64,000 nucleotides of DNA, taken from the IMG/VR virus record IMGVR_UViG_3300005535_000017, positions 18,331-82,330 of that record; one strand, given 5' to 3'. A model generated the notes under the pieces. That model searched no databases. It was not told the DNA's origin and saw nothing but the letters and a program-made list of their open reading frames with translations. Shown here piece by piece: positions 38,901-47,925 of the stretch. The position numbers were made by a program, and so were the translations under genes. This DNA comes from a virus. Taxonomy: Duplodnaviria; Heunggongvirae; Uroviricota; Caudoviricetes. Within the stretch, counting starts at the first letter, position 1; every line of letters begins with the position of its first letter.

Positions 38901-40009
38901 CAACTGGCGGCTTCGCCTCCACTCTTCCATTCACGAATCACGAGACAAACTGGATTCCGCCGAACGCCCATTTCGAGACAGTGCTCCAGATCCTCTCTGG
39001 CCCCAACGAGGGTAGGTACATTGTCAGCAGCGCAACGAGCGACACGGCCATTCTCGTCCAGAATAACGACTTCGACGGCGACACGTTCGAAGTGCAGACG
39101 TTGACGGGTCAAGAGTTCGCCATCTACCGGTATGTGGACTGCCGCGTCATTCGCAGCATGCCCATCACCTTCAACAGCACCACGGTTGCGGTTACCACAG
39201 ACCCGATCTTCACGGCGGACGTCTCGACGGGCGACTGGTTCGTCTTCAGGAACGGAACGACCTCGTACAGCCGGCGGTACACCATCATCGCAGTCGATCC
39301 GGTGGCGAGGACTATGACGCTCTCGCCCGCCGTCATCGAGTCGATCTCTGGGTCGTTCACTGGAGCTGTGATGAGGCCTGGGCTCATCAACCAGCACTAT
39401 GGCAGTGCGAATCCCGACGCGATGGTCAATGGCACCGGCGTCATCGGGCAGAACGTCTTCACTCTAAACGGCACGAGCGAGCTCGACTCTGTGCTCTTCA
39501 TGCAGCCGGACGATGTCATCGTGAACGTCGCCGACTCCATGGAGTACGTCGTTGTAGACTTCGACCCGGACAACAAGAATGTGTATGTCCAGCCAGCCCT
39601 TGCCTCGACATCCATCATCGGGCGGCTCGAGCGGCAGGACCGTACAGAAGACACCATCTCGCTGGACGTCCTTGACCGGATGCCCAGCGATTCTCTATTC
39701 TTGGGCATCAGAAGAAGGTCCGTCGCGAGCGGTGGCTCTGGGCCGGATCTCACTACAACGAATGCCTCTGCAACTGTTTCTACTGTCTCCGGCACCGACT
39801 TCGATGCGGACCTTGGGGTCCGTGGTGGAGACTATCTGATCGTGCTCGAGGGAGCAGATGCGACTCGAGACATTGGCTACGGGGCGGGCATCTTCCCTAT
39901 CCTTGCCGTCTCAACGACGAGTCTTGTTCTTACTCAGCCACTCACAGTAACCAATGCCGCCCCGGGCATTCTCTACGGCGTCCAGCGCAGGAGCTCCAAT
40001 GAGCGATAG
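35942..40009 (+). CDS. Large baseplate wedge-like protein with N-terminal PKD domain
   Basis: VVRLDGRSSFSPSG..LTYRWSFVQVP..S...FAPDIIGLYVVQLIVNDG is PKD/REJ-type; QFIRRAKPTYT is wedge-like. Confidence 0.65.
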   Translation: MTIDYAYTTEESPQLPTAIIAPGAQDTVVGAVVRLDGRSSFSPSGLDLTYRWSFVQVPIGSQVLVDGFKDLEEDSSVVSFAPDIIGLYVVQLIVNDGSFDSAPVTSDVNTKVVLVPQNRGIVPDMSWVWNFLSDFWTIVEQRERFETIWSSAVQIIAAEQLKLWQYDYNKSIQDIQEVIQKRWIAYEPTISLDPTLSSFVLADDQAGLNASTFLIDTVTNGAQSNQPLLSNLITVPIGEGNFALTSYGSAIATGRLLQLGDLAFTMARSGVATRAVNTGTDGATSGSSDAFQGSAFSAGMAGMLLKILTGASAGTYLIATVTSSSVIHVQTLTGGAVSFPSSQTGLNYSIFPKTPNNNSFFADQNLVPTRLSARPWRFSPTLTSTQYDFEEQGVSPGDILVVQITRVDNQLSSTLNLQVVSVDRGKIGFVFNTLDLVDGTPAGGLSRDDQIKLSMDLQIPGLMVSTVDNSLVYTDQALIIKTLVQSPSFKRQFYETSLTSVISINLGPFSVTLTPRSVIRNSKVLIDASVKSIPSLQEYIKQPVVVQQDGELFQVSESKLFPLDHPPIVVYQNADYIIDDQSNVTGTCAVTSGSDLVSVPFGDLFDRDIREGDTINIEDGVVQNAFQIISVIDPQTLRVAPTPAFTEAVAPFVISRAVPGTFIRFTEGTFSKTKPAPSRLWAEVTFFDNEDSVENNFGVLVGVLRSDLSSVGATISYKNAVAGLMYALTNGPTVANLQLASQILLGLPFTTNAGTIIEIDPSFKTNADGSPLEGRILIAAEDVHGTPLGITNIYFYPQGRQIPDPANPGKWLPADPELSGIAINPATGAEYTVGDHVDRFAALSKGTQVQDYLTTPDLLTQALNQGNTAFAIQRYHSFQLIVNADITTAIDTDLVAQFIRRAKPTYTKLALALSKALEDTVEVEDSMLFTGTVFLHDNASQNLPISVAFDPQSVDGTYLSAEGDMFAYLMYGTDLQTTQGSKSFVSPTGGFASTLPFTNHETNWIPPNAHFETVLQILSGPNEGRYIVSSATSDTAILVQNNDFDGDTFEVQTLTGQEFAIYRYVDCRVIRSMPITFNSTTVAVTTDPIFTADVSTGDWFVFRNGTTSYSRRYTIIAVDPVARTMTLSPAVIESISGSFTGAVMRPGLINQHYGSANPDAMVNGTGVIGQNVFTLNGTSELDSVLFMQPDDVIVNVADSMEYVVVDFDPDNKNVYVQPALASTSIIGRLERQDRTEDTISLDVLDRMPSDSLFLGIRRRSVASGGSGPDLTTTNASATVSTVSGTDFDADLGVRGGDYLIVLEGADATRDIGYGAGIFPILAVSTTSLVLTQPLTVTNAAPGILYGVQRRSSNER

Positions 40010-40712
40010 AGTGAGGCACGGCGGTCACGACCTGGTGAGGGTGACCGACCAACTCAACTTTGGATTCTTCGACACCTCGAGAGGTACTCGAGAGCCGGCG
40101 AAGACCGTTATCTGCGCCCCAGAAAAGGAGCTCGTCCAGGTCGAGGGCTTCTTTTCCGCCGTGTGCCGAGAGCGTGGAAAGCTCGTCTATGGTACGAGGC
40201 GGGAGGGCAAGAACATCTGGACTCTGACCGGCCGTGAGTACCTGGCTCAGCTCATGAGCTACTCGGCCTACGGCACCTCAGCACACGCCGGTGGAAGCTC
40301 GAACCCGGATACGCCGGCACGCGACGATCGCATTCGCTACTTTGGCTTCGGGACGGGAACGCAGCCGGAAGTGAGCTCAGTCTCGGCGCTCGTCAACCCG
40401 ATCGCATTCGATGGCGGCGGTAACTTCCTGGCGTCGATCTCCCTGCCGACCTACCCGCTAGCACCAACCCGGACCACCGTCCAATACAGCCGTACCTATA
40501 CGGAGTTGGAGCTCTCGTTTGGCGGGACTGTCACGCTCACCGAGGCGGGCCTCTTCACAGACGGATCCCCGACGGCGAACTACGCACCGAGGACGCGAGA
40601 TGTTACTCTCGCAAATGCCTCTGCCCAAGCGCCGGACGCGTACAAGGCATTCGAGCCGCTGAGGAAGACGCAGAACTTCGTTCTCGATGTGAGCTGGCAG
40701 ATCCGCTTCTAG
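39999..40712 (+). CDS. Tail-collar/fibre-attachment-like protein
   Basis: TLTGREYLAQL...YFGFGTG...LTEAGLF...KTQNFVLDVSWQIRF. Confidence 0.6.
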   Translation: MSDRVRHGGHDLVRVTDQLNFGFFDTSRGTREPAKTVICAPEKELVQVEGFFSAVCRERGKLVYGTRREGKNIWTLTGREYLAQLMSYSAYGTSAHAGGSSNPDTPARDDRIRYFGFGTGTQPEVSSVSALVNPIAFDGGGNFLASISLPTYPLAPTRTTVQYSRTYTELELSFGGTVTLTEAGLFTDGSPTANYAPRTRDVTLANASAQAPDAYKAFEPLRKTQNFVLDVSWQIRF

Positions 40713-40720
40713 GAGAAGTA

Positions 40721-43700
40721 ATGGCGACCAACGTCGATCCTCGTTTCGCCCGCGGCAGCCTCAATGGCAATGCCTCTGTCCCGCGGCTGTCCAATCCGCA
40801 GATTCGCGGCAGTGTGCGAAGGAGCGACCCAGACGGCAGCCACGCCCAGCCGTTCTGGAGTGGGCTGAACGGCACCTCGCTGGTCGTCGAGGTTGGTACA
40901 ATTGATGGTGGTATCCTCGCCACCGTCACTATCAACTTCACCAGCAACTTCTATTCGAATACCGTCACGACGGTGAATGCAGCGTCTCCGACCCACCTGA
41001 AGTGGCTCGAGTCGGATGGCTTCCCCTGCATCCAAGATCTGCACTCAGGGGCGAAGAACTACATCAAAATCACTGGAGGCACGGCGGCTCCCATCTTCGG
41101 GATGCCCGTGTTTCCGTCTCCAGGCGGCATGTCGCGAGCAGGCGACCTCCAGCCGGCTCCTGGCGATAAGACGCAGGCCAATCCGCAGACGACTGAGCTC
41201 CTGACCCACGATGAGAACCTGTCGACGGCCGCAGTGAATCGGGCAATCGTCGGCTCTCTTCAGGGCGTGGACCAGATTCTGTCGGCGCTGGACCGCGAAG
41301 TTGCGTGCTGGAGGACGATCGAGTTCACGGAAGACAGCTTCAGCGGAATGCTCGCTCCGACGAACGTGAACTCGGATCCCACCATCGCCAATCTTCGCGT
41401 CCACACCGGCGCCATCGCTCAGGCCATCGCGGACGGGTACAGCTACGCCGACATCATCGAGATTCAGAACTCCTCTCGACAGACGTACTACGTCACGAAC
41501 CTCGGCACGACGAGCAAGGTCGTCCCGCTTGGGGTCTCGTACGGTGGCAACGGTTTCGCTCCGATCAGCGGTCCTATCACCTGGGGAAGCACCGGCAGTG
41601 GCATTCGGCCGGACACAACTGCTGCGGCGCAGTCTCTGAAACAAGCCTCGACGGCAATCACCAGTATCCAGGGATCGACGCTCATTGCCTCAGGAGCGAC
41701 CTTTCAGACGAACCGGATTCAGCCTGGCGACCATATCCTGATCTCTGGTGCCAACAACAACTCGCCACTCAACCATAATGGTGAATTCGTTGTCATCAAC
41801 GTCGCATCTGAGACTGAGATCGAGGTGCGGCCTTTGGGCTACACCGAGTCAAAGATCGACCCGGCGAATGACGCCCCTCCGGCACTGAACCAGAGCATCA
41901 ATCCTGGTGAAGTCTACGGCAACATTTCAGTCTACATCGGCTGGGGCTTCCCACTTGGCGGGAAGACCGCGACTACGGCGGATAGCTTTCGCATCTGGAT
42001 CGGCCTTGGTGTGCTCACTGGCGGCACGAATGCGTGGGTTCGTCTCCCCATTGCGACGACCCTGCGCGAAGTCATCTCGAATGGCTTCCTCGAGAACCCC
42101 AACAGCTCTCACGACCCGCAGATCGCCTTCAAGAATCTGGCGAACGAGTTCACCCAGAGGAATCAGTTTGACGCTGGAATCACGCTTCCAACCCTTCCTC
42201 TGAATGGGGGCTTCGCGCTCGCCTCCCGCGTGCTTGCTCCAGTCACGGGCAACGATGACCCGTTCTTCGTCTTGATGATCGAGACGGACGGTGTCGACCT
42301 GTTTGGCGCCAACTATCCGATGCGCGTGTACTTCAATCGCACAACGGGTGGCATCACGATCACGACCAACTCGAAGCACAACCGCTCTACCGACGTCTGG
42401 ACCAAGGACGTCAACGGCACGGCCGCCAGCAGAATGGATATGAATCCTGCTGGCATAAAATACTTCCAGCAGACGGCATCGGACAACTCGCTCATCACTT
42501 CCGACGCCTGGCCAGAGATTCCATTCATCATCAGCGCAGCGTCATTGAGCTCTACAACGGGCGGTGCGACACCTCGCTTCGAGCTTCCTCCGACAAATGA
42601 GGGGAGCGGTGCGATCCGTCTTAGCCTTTTGTTTGAGTCCAACACGGTCGGCTCGGTAGGCAAGACTCGACTGTACGTCAACGCTCAGGCCACTGCGTAT
42701 GTATTTACTACCAACGCTGTCTGGGATTGGACGTCGCAAACGTGGAGCAAGGACAGCGGTAGTGCCCGGTCGACGAAATTCACAATCGGAGTTGCCGCTG
42801 GCCTGTCTGGATTCGAGTGCCGCGGCCGAAGCACCGCAGGTGGCACGTGGAACGACAGCTCTTGGGATGAGATCGCTCTCTCCCAATTCGACGCGAATAT
42901 CGGGTACACCATCAAGGGAATCGTCTCCCTAATTTCGGTCGGAACCCCGAATACGCCACTTCTGTTCTTCGACGGCATCAATGACCAGCTCCTGTCGAAG
43001 GTCAATGACAACGTCGGCGGCAGCATCAGGGTCTACAACCGCTCGAGCAGTGGCATTGTAATTTCTGCGAACTGCTCTTGGTCGACGGGCGGCGGCGGAG
43101 TTTGGACGGCAGATACGCCAGGCAATGGCGGATCGGCGATCAAGCTCATCGGCAGCCAGGTCCAGTTCTTCTACAACACCGGTGGAACGACGTGGAACGA
43201 CTCCCTCGTCGGTGGTGGTTGGACGGGCTACAACTTCCTGATCAACCCGACAGGTCTCGATCTTCCGCATTCGCTCGTCAACTTGGGACTCTCTCTTACT
43301 GGAGCGAGCGGGGCGCGTACCGCAAGAATCTCGGGCCCCACGTATGGTGCCGGAGAGGGTTCATCCCTCCTAGTCACGCTTCTCGAGGAGTGGGATCCTG
43401 CCGTTGGCGGTGCCAAGTCGCGCATCTATTCTGGCGATACGAACCTCGAGCGTCGGCACGTCATCAACGCTCGGTGGGACGGTACGAACTGGAACCAGGA
43501 CAACGCGGCGCTCGCTTCGTACTTTTACCAGTTCGGCAGCACGGAGAGAGTTGGCTTCAAGGCGGCGGGCTCATCCCCTTGGACCGAGGCCAACTGGTCC
43601 ATCGTCGACAGCCGAGATTTGTCTACTGGCAACCAGTTGGTGAAGTCGCTGAAGAGCGATCTCACACCTCTGTTCCGAGCACAGAACGCTGGAGGCAAGA

Positions 43701-44407
43701 ATCGCTTTGCGCTTGGAGCGCACGGCTATCCGACCGGCTACACGTTCGATATCGCCGAGTACTGGGATCCTGTCCTAGTCAAGCGCTGGCTTTCGACCGG
43801 GGCATACCCGCGCGTCAGCCCGACATCGGGTAACCTGACTACGGCCGGTCAGCCAAGCACGTCTTGGCTGCAGGTTGCTGGCACTCCGCTCGCCATGCTG
43901 AATAATGGCTGGGGCTGGGGCTGGAACTCGTATCTCGATCTGATCATCCCGTTCCACATCATGATGACCGATCAGGTGAACGGTCATTTCGAGATGATCA
44001 TGGACGACAATACCGGAGGAGGAAAGATCATCCTCGGCTACAACTCCGGCTCCATCGGTGGAACCGGATGGCAGGTGTTCTCGTCGCGAGACGTCTCTCA
44101 CAACAACATTGCGAGTTTCGGCTCAGCACTTACGAACAGTGCCTGGACGAAGGTCCAGTTTGAGTACCACGGCAGTGCTACAGCCATCGGGACGGCAAAC
44201 GGTGCGGCGACAATCCGTGTCTACATTGGTGGTTCTCTTGCCGTCGAAATCATCAATAATCCGGGCGCGTTCATCTATATGCCGGACAACGACAACGTGG
44301 TGAACGAGATTCTCATCAATCTATCGCGCTCCAGTGGAACCGGTAATATCAACCTCGGACCGATGCGCTTCTCATACAACTACCTTGATGACAGCATCAA
44401 CGGCTGA
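40721..44407 (+). CDS. Putative tail fibre / receptor-binding protein (1228 aa)
   Basis: AGGAG RBS; follows the collar gene; Trp-rich beta modules (W..D repeats) and a lectin-like C-terminus. Confidence 0.6.
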   Translation: MATNVDPRFARGSLNGNASVPRLSNPQIRGSVRRSDPDGSHAQPFWSGLNGTSLVVEVGTIDGGILATVTINFTSNFYSNTVTTVNAASPTHLKWLESDGFPCIQDLHSGAKNYIKITGGTAAPIFGMPVFPSPGGMSRAGDLQPAPGDKTQANPQTTELLTHDENLSTAAVNRAIVGSLQGVDQILSALDREVACWRTIEFTEDSFSGMLAPTNVNSDPTIANLRVHTGAIAQAIADGYSYADIIEIQNSSRQTYYVTNLGTTSKVVPLGVSYGGNGFAPISGPITWGSTGSGIRPDTTAAAQSLKQASTAITSIQGSTLIASGATFQTNRIQPGDHILISGANNNSPLNHNGEFVVINVASETEIEVRPLGYTESKIDPANDAPPALNQSINPGEVYGNISVYIGWGFPLGGKTATTADSFRIWIGLGVLTGGTNAWVRLPIATTLREVISNGFLENPNSSHDPQIAFKNLANEFTQRNQFDAGITLPTLPLNGGFALASRVLAPVTGNDDPFFVLMIETDGVDLFGANYPMRVYFNRTTGGITITTNSKHNRSTDVWTKDVNGTAASRMDMNPAGIKYFQQTASDNSLITSDAWPEIPFIISAASLSSTTGGATPRFELPPTNEGSGAIRLSLLFESNTVGSVGKTRLYVNAQATAYVFTTNAVWDWTSQTWSKDSGSARSTKFTIGVAAGLSGFECRGRSTAGGTWNDSSWDEIALSQFDANIGYTIKGIVSLISVGTPNTPLLFFDGINDQLLSKVNDNVGGSIRVYNRSSSGIVISANCSWSTGGGGVWTADTPGNGGSAIKLIGSQVQFFYNTGGTTWNDSLVGGGWTGYNFLINPTGLDLPHSLVNLGLSLTGASGARTARISGPTYGAGEGSSLLVTLLEEWDPAVGGAKSRIYSGDTNLERRHVINARWDGTNWNQDNAALASYFYQFGSTERVGFKAAGSSPWTEANWSIVDSRDLSTGNQLVKSLKSDLTPLFRAQNAGGKNRFALGAHGYPTGYTFDIAEYWDPVLVKRWLSTGAYPRVSPTSGNLTTAGQPSTSWLQVAGTPLAMLNNGWGWGWNSYLDLIIPFHIMMTDQVNGHFEMIMDDNTGGGKIILGYNSGSIGGTGWQVFSSRDVSHNNIASFGSALTNSAWTKVQFEYHGSATAIGTANGAATIRVYIGGSLAVEIINNPGAFIYMPDNDNVVNEILINLSRSSGTGNINLGPMRFSYNYLDDSING

Positions 44408-44979
44408 TGGACTTCACAACTCTTCATAGCTTCGGTGTGGAGCTGCTCAAAATCGCCGAGACGAAGAGCGAACGAGAGCTCTACCAGCGCGTCAAGAAAC
44501 AGTCTCCGGTCGAGGTGAAGAGGCTGGATGAGGCCGCTGAGTACGGCGGTGGCTACTTCGACCCATCAGGTGAAGGTCACATCGGCGTCTCGGACAAGAA
44601 GTTCGACGCCCTCGCTCATGAGGTTGGGCACGCCAAGAATCATCAGAAGATCTGGGGAAAGCTCATCCAGAGTGTTCCGGCTCGCCTTGCTTTCCAACTC
44701 GCTCCTGCTGCTGGCCTCGTTGCAGGCATGGCAGTAGCTAAAGGAAAGAAGTGGCCTCTGATCATCCCTGCAGCCGCGGTGGCGCCGATCCTCTTGGCAG
44801 AGGCTCTGGCGACCAACACGGGCCACAAGGTCTTGGAGAAGGTGAAGGCGAAGCCGGAGGAGGTGGAGAAGTACCGGACGAACTTGCGCTCGGCCTTCTC
44901 CACCTACCTCCAGACTCCAATTGCTGCTGCGGCTACTGGAACGCTTGGCTACTTGCTGCAGCGGGCGACGGCAGCCTAA
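44407..44979 (+). CDS. Putative zinc metallopeptidase with FGVELLKIA motif and hydrophobic helices
   Basis: LAHEVGH (HExxH), hydrophobic segments, then ILLAEALAT as a candidate third-ligand Glu. Confidence 0.6.
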   Translation: MDFTTLHSFGVELLKIAETKSERELYQRVKKQSPVEVKRLDEAAEYGGGYFDPSGEGHIGVSDKKFDALAHEVGHAKNHQKIWGKLIQSVPARLAFQLAPAAGLVAGMAVAKGKKWPLIIPAAAVAPILLAEALATNTGHKVLEKVKAKPEEVEKYRTNLRSAFSTYLQTPIAAAATGTLGYLLQRATAA

Positions 44980-45350
44980 CCATCTCTCGCTGAGATCGCG
45001 ACCTTCATGATCACGTCGAGCATCTTGTCTCTCGACCAGGCCGGTACCCCATTCACTACTGGAAGGGTGATGCCGAGCTGGGTGAGCAGTCCGTAGAGCT
45101 CCTGGTCGCTCATCGAGAGAAGCTGCTCGCTGGTGATCTCGGTGAAGTCTTCCGGCTCCTCCGTATTAGGGCGCCGCGGTAGAGCAACCTGGTCGGCCGG
45201 CACAGGATAGTTGCTGACCTGTACCGGCTTCTCGGGCTCTGGCGGCGCTACGAAGGGTACGGGAGGCCGATCTCCTTGAACGTCGCCTCGGTCCCGAGTT
45301 GCTGGGGCTGCTGGGGCAACTGCTTCTCGTAGTACGGGCGGATCATGCAC
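44976..45350 (-). CDS. Hypothetical protein with C-terminal HeH/Rho-N-like helical pair (start uncertain)
   Basis: LLSMSDQELYGLLTQLGI...SRDKMLDVIM. Confidence 0.5.
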   Translation of the reverse strand: MHDPPVLREAVAPAAPATRDRGDVQGDRPPVPFVAPPEPEKPVQVSNYPVPADQVALPRRPNTEEPEDFTEITSEQLLSMSDQELYGLLTQLGITLPVVNGVPAWSRDKMLDVIMKVAISARDG

Positions 45351-46444
45351 GACACCGCCGCGTCCGTGCCCTTGCTCAGATGGAGAACCTGGCCCACCAT
45401 CGAGAGAAGGCCCTCGAGCTGTCGGCTCTGGGCGGCGACCAGGCCCTTCAGCTCGTTGATCTGAGCCTGGAGAGCCGCGGTGTCACCACCACCCTGCTGC
45501 TGTTGCGGCTGACCCATGGCCGGAGGCCCGAAGCCAGCCATCGCCGGCGGGGCGCCGAACCCCTGCGGCTGCTGAGCGTTGCCGAGGGGCAGCGCCTGCT
45601 GTCCGGGGAGCACGCCCGGCTGCGGCGGAGCGCCTTCCGCCGCCTTGCCGCGACCACGGCGATTGCTCGGAGCCTGCGCCGGCGGGGCCGGAGGCTGGCC
45701 GGGAGGGGCCATCTGCGGCTGCTGGGGCGGAGCACCCATCGGAGGAGGCGCCATGGTCGGGGGCGCGCCCATCGCCGGCGGAGGAGCACCCATGGACGGC
45801 GGGGCCATCTGCGGGGGCGGGATCGGCGGGGGAGCGCCCTGCGGCGGGAACGAGGGCTGTTGGGGCTGCTGGTACTGCTGAGGCGGCGGCTGCATCGGGG
45901 GCGGCCCGAACCCCTGCTGGGGCGGGGCAAAGCCCTGCTGAGGAGGAGCGTAGCCCTGCGGCGGCTGCTGCGGGGCGTACCCGGGCGGCTGGGGCGGCGG
46001 ACCGAACCCGGCCGGAGGCGGAGGCGGGTTGTAGCCGGGAGCGCCGGGGGGCTGACCGTTCGGGGGACCCATCTGCTGGAAATCGGCCATGATGATTCCT
46101 TCTCCTTCTTTGGGTTGCAGTGCTCGGCCGTCTTGGACGAACACAGCGAGCCTTTGGATGAACGAGTTGAAGTACGAGTCGTCGGTGTCGAGCTCCGGCT
46201 GGATCCCTAGCAGGTCGCCGGCAATCTGCTTCTTGCGGATCAGCTCGTCCAAGATCCAGTGCGTGACGGTGATGGGCTTCATCATCCACACGAACTGGTA
46301 GTCCAGACCAAGCTGCCCCCACGCGAATCGACGTTGCACGTGTGACGTCTTACAAACGTCGCGCACGTGCTTCTCTGCTTCGATTCGGGTGAGCAAGGAT
46401 CCGTCCGGCTTCGTGAGCTCGAGAGTGGGTAGTCCGTGATGCAT
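45248..46444 (-). CDS. Pro/Gln/Gly-rich low-complexity protein with C-terminal coiled coil
   Basis: About 200 aa of PPQ/GFG/GYA repeats; LQAQINELKGLVAAQSRQLEGL heptads. Confidence 0.8.
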   Translation of the reverse strand: MHHGLPTLELTKPDGSLLTRIEAEKHVRDVCKTSHVQRRFAWGQLGLDYQFVWMMKPITVTHWILDELIRKKQIAGDLLGIQPELDTDDSYFNSFIQRLAVFVQDGRALQPKEGEGIIMADFQQMGPPNGQPPGAPGYNPPPPPAGFGPPPQPPGYAPQQPPQGYAPPQQGFAPPQQGFGPPPMQPPPQQYQQPQQPSFPPQGAPPPIPPPQMAPPSMGAPPPAMGAPPTMAPPPMGAPPQQPQMAPPGQPPAPPAQAPSNRRGRGKAAEGAPPQPGVLPGQQALPLGNAQQPQGFGAPPAMAGFGPPAMGQPQQQQGGGDTAALQAQINELKGLVAAQSRQLEGLLSMVGQVLHLSKGTDAAVSCMIRPYYEKQLPQQPQQLGTEATFKEIGLPYPS

Positions 46445-46657
46445 CTACTCCCCCTTCGTGTCGAGATCCGGCGGCCTGTTCACAAGAACACGCGCACCGG
46501 CGGAGCCGAACTTATACAAGATCTGCTGTCTCGCTGCCACTGCTGCTTCGTGGGCCTCCTTCCAGTCCCCACACATGTAATTGGTCATGAGCTTCTGCTC
46601 GTCGACCTTGGTGCAGTCGCCGAGCTGCTTGCAGTTGACACACGCCGGCTGAATCAT
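46445..46657 (-). CDS. Small Cys-rich protein (70 aa)
   Basis: ATGA-coupled start 46657; CVNC...C...C. Confidence 0.65.
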   Translation of the reverse strand: MIQPACVNCKQLGDCTKVDEQKLMTNYMCGDWKEAHEAAVAARQQILYKFGSAGARVLVNRPPDLDTKGE

Positions 46658-46998
46658 TTCAGCGCGAAGTGCGGCTTGGCGTTCATGTAGCAAGTGAGGT
46701 GTCTCCCCTCGGGGCATGCGTAGACCGTGCAGTGCCCCTTCTGCGGACCGCTGCAGGGAAGCTGGGAGTTCACCATCATCCAGTTCTTGAGAATCCAATC
46801 CTGAAGCTCCGCTCTCGACTCCATGTACAGAAAGCTGTCATCAGGAGGATTGCCAGTCTCTATGAAGTAGATGACGGTCTCCCGTGGCACGGACCGCTTG
46901 AGGCGCATTGGACGACTCCAAGCCGAAGAGAGCTCGAGACGGGCAAGCTCCCAGAGTTCGGTGTCGTTCAGGTCCTGCAGATCTATCTGTCCTTCCAT
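46654..46998 (-). CDS. Cys-rich protein (114 aa)
   Basis: GGAGGA RBS before ATG 46998; C-terminal C...HC...C...H..C. Confidence 0.7.
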   Translation of the reverse strand: MEGQIDLQDLNDTELWELARLELSSAWSRPMRLKRSVPRETVIYFIETGNPPDDSFLYMESRAELQDWILKNWMMVNSQLPCSGPQKGHCTVYACPEGRHLTCYMNAKPHFALK

Positions 46999-47402
46999 TT
47001 CTCTTCCTCCCACCAGCCCGGTTCGGTCCTGGGAGTTTTCTGGATGTTCCTGTTGGGGCAACTGCTGCAGTACTCGTACGGGGAAACGAGTAGGCACTGC
47101 TCCCGTCGAACCATCTCGTATTGCGGGATCTTCTTGTCGATTCTGTCGCTTATCGACTTCCAGCGGGGGCAGGCAACCATCTGCCCGCCGATGTTGTTCT
47201 GGAACTTCACGGTGAAGTTTCCGTGCTCGCAGCTTTCACAGGCAGGTAGCGGGCGCCCTAAACAAACAGCCCGAACCTGCTGATGAACCTCCGTGCCGGA
47301 TTTGGGAGCATCGCCATCGCACAGTACTAGGAGTCCGCGAGATCCTCGCTCGACGTCCCCGAAGACACGCTTGTACTCTTTATGGTCGTGCCCGTGGGAC
47401 AT
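46983..47402 (-). CDS. Cys-rich protein (139 aa)
   Basis: GGAGGT RBS before ATG 47402; CESC, CPRW, CSSC. Confidence 0.7.
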   Translation of the reverse strand: MSHGHDHKEYKRVFGDVERGSRGLLVLCDGDAPKSGTEVHQQVRAVCLGRPLPACESCEHGNFTVKFQNNIGGQMVACPRWKSISDRIDKKIPQYEMVRREQCLLVSPYEYCSSCPNRNIQKTPRTEPGWWEEEKWKDR

Positions 47403-47412
47403 CGAGCACCTC

Positions 47413-47925
47413 CTAGACGCCAAATGTTGCGGGATGAGCCTTCTTCAGACGGATGCAGATCCCGCTGTGGCCTCCAACAAGATCGGCGCTGCACTTATCG
47501 TGGATCTCACGAAAGTTCAGCGAGTCGTCGAGGGCCAGGGCTTTGAATACTGCGTCCGTCACCAGCTTGATACGGTTTTGTACATCCATCTTCTTGTACC
47601 GTGTTTTCGCTGGGTTCTTGACGGCCTTGCCGAACGTGGTGTTTAGGAGATCTTCGTTGTCGAAGAAGAACGTCATCCACATCTCGAGGATCGAGTTCGG
47701 GTCGTTGTCGATCGTCTTGCAGAAGGACTGAATCTGCATCATGTACGGTGCTGCCACCTGCTGCGTGAAGCGATTCTTCCAAGCCTCGGCGTCTTTGCTC
47801 AGAAACCTGCCCCGACCGCCTCTGCCGTTGACGTAGATGTGGTTCGAGCTCGGCGGCAGGAAAGGGATGACGATCTGCAGCCCGTCAGGTGGCGTGTACT
47901 CTGGAGGCGTCGGTAGAGTGAGCAT
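47413..47925 (-). CDS. rusA: RusA-family Holliday junction resolvase
   Basis: IPFLPPSSNHIY...KDAEAWK...KMDVQNRIKLVTDAV...LDDS. Confidence 0.75.
   Translation of the reverse strand: MLTLPTPPEYTPPDGLQIVIPFLPPSSNHIYVNGRGGRGRFLSKDAEAWKNRFTQQVAAPYMMQIQSFCKTIDNDPNSILEMWMTFFFDNEDLLNTTFGKAVKNPAKTRYKKMDVQNRIKLVTDAVFKALALDDSLNFREIHDKCSADLVGGHSGICIRLKKAHPATFGV

Noticed and set aside
40721-44407. Diversity-generating retroelement targeting the fibres
   Set aside because: No reverse transcriptase and no template/variable repeat pair noticed in this window
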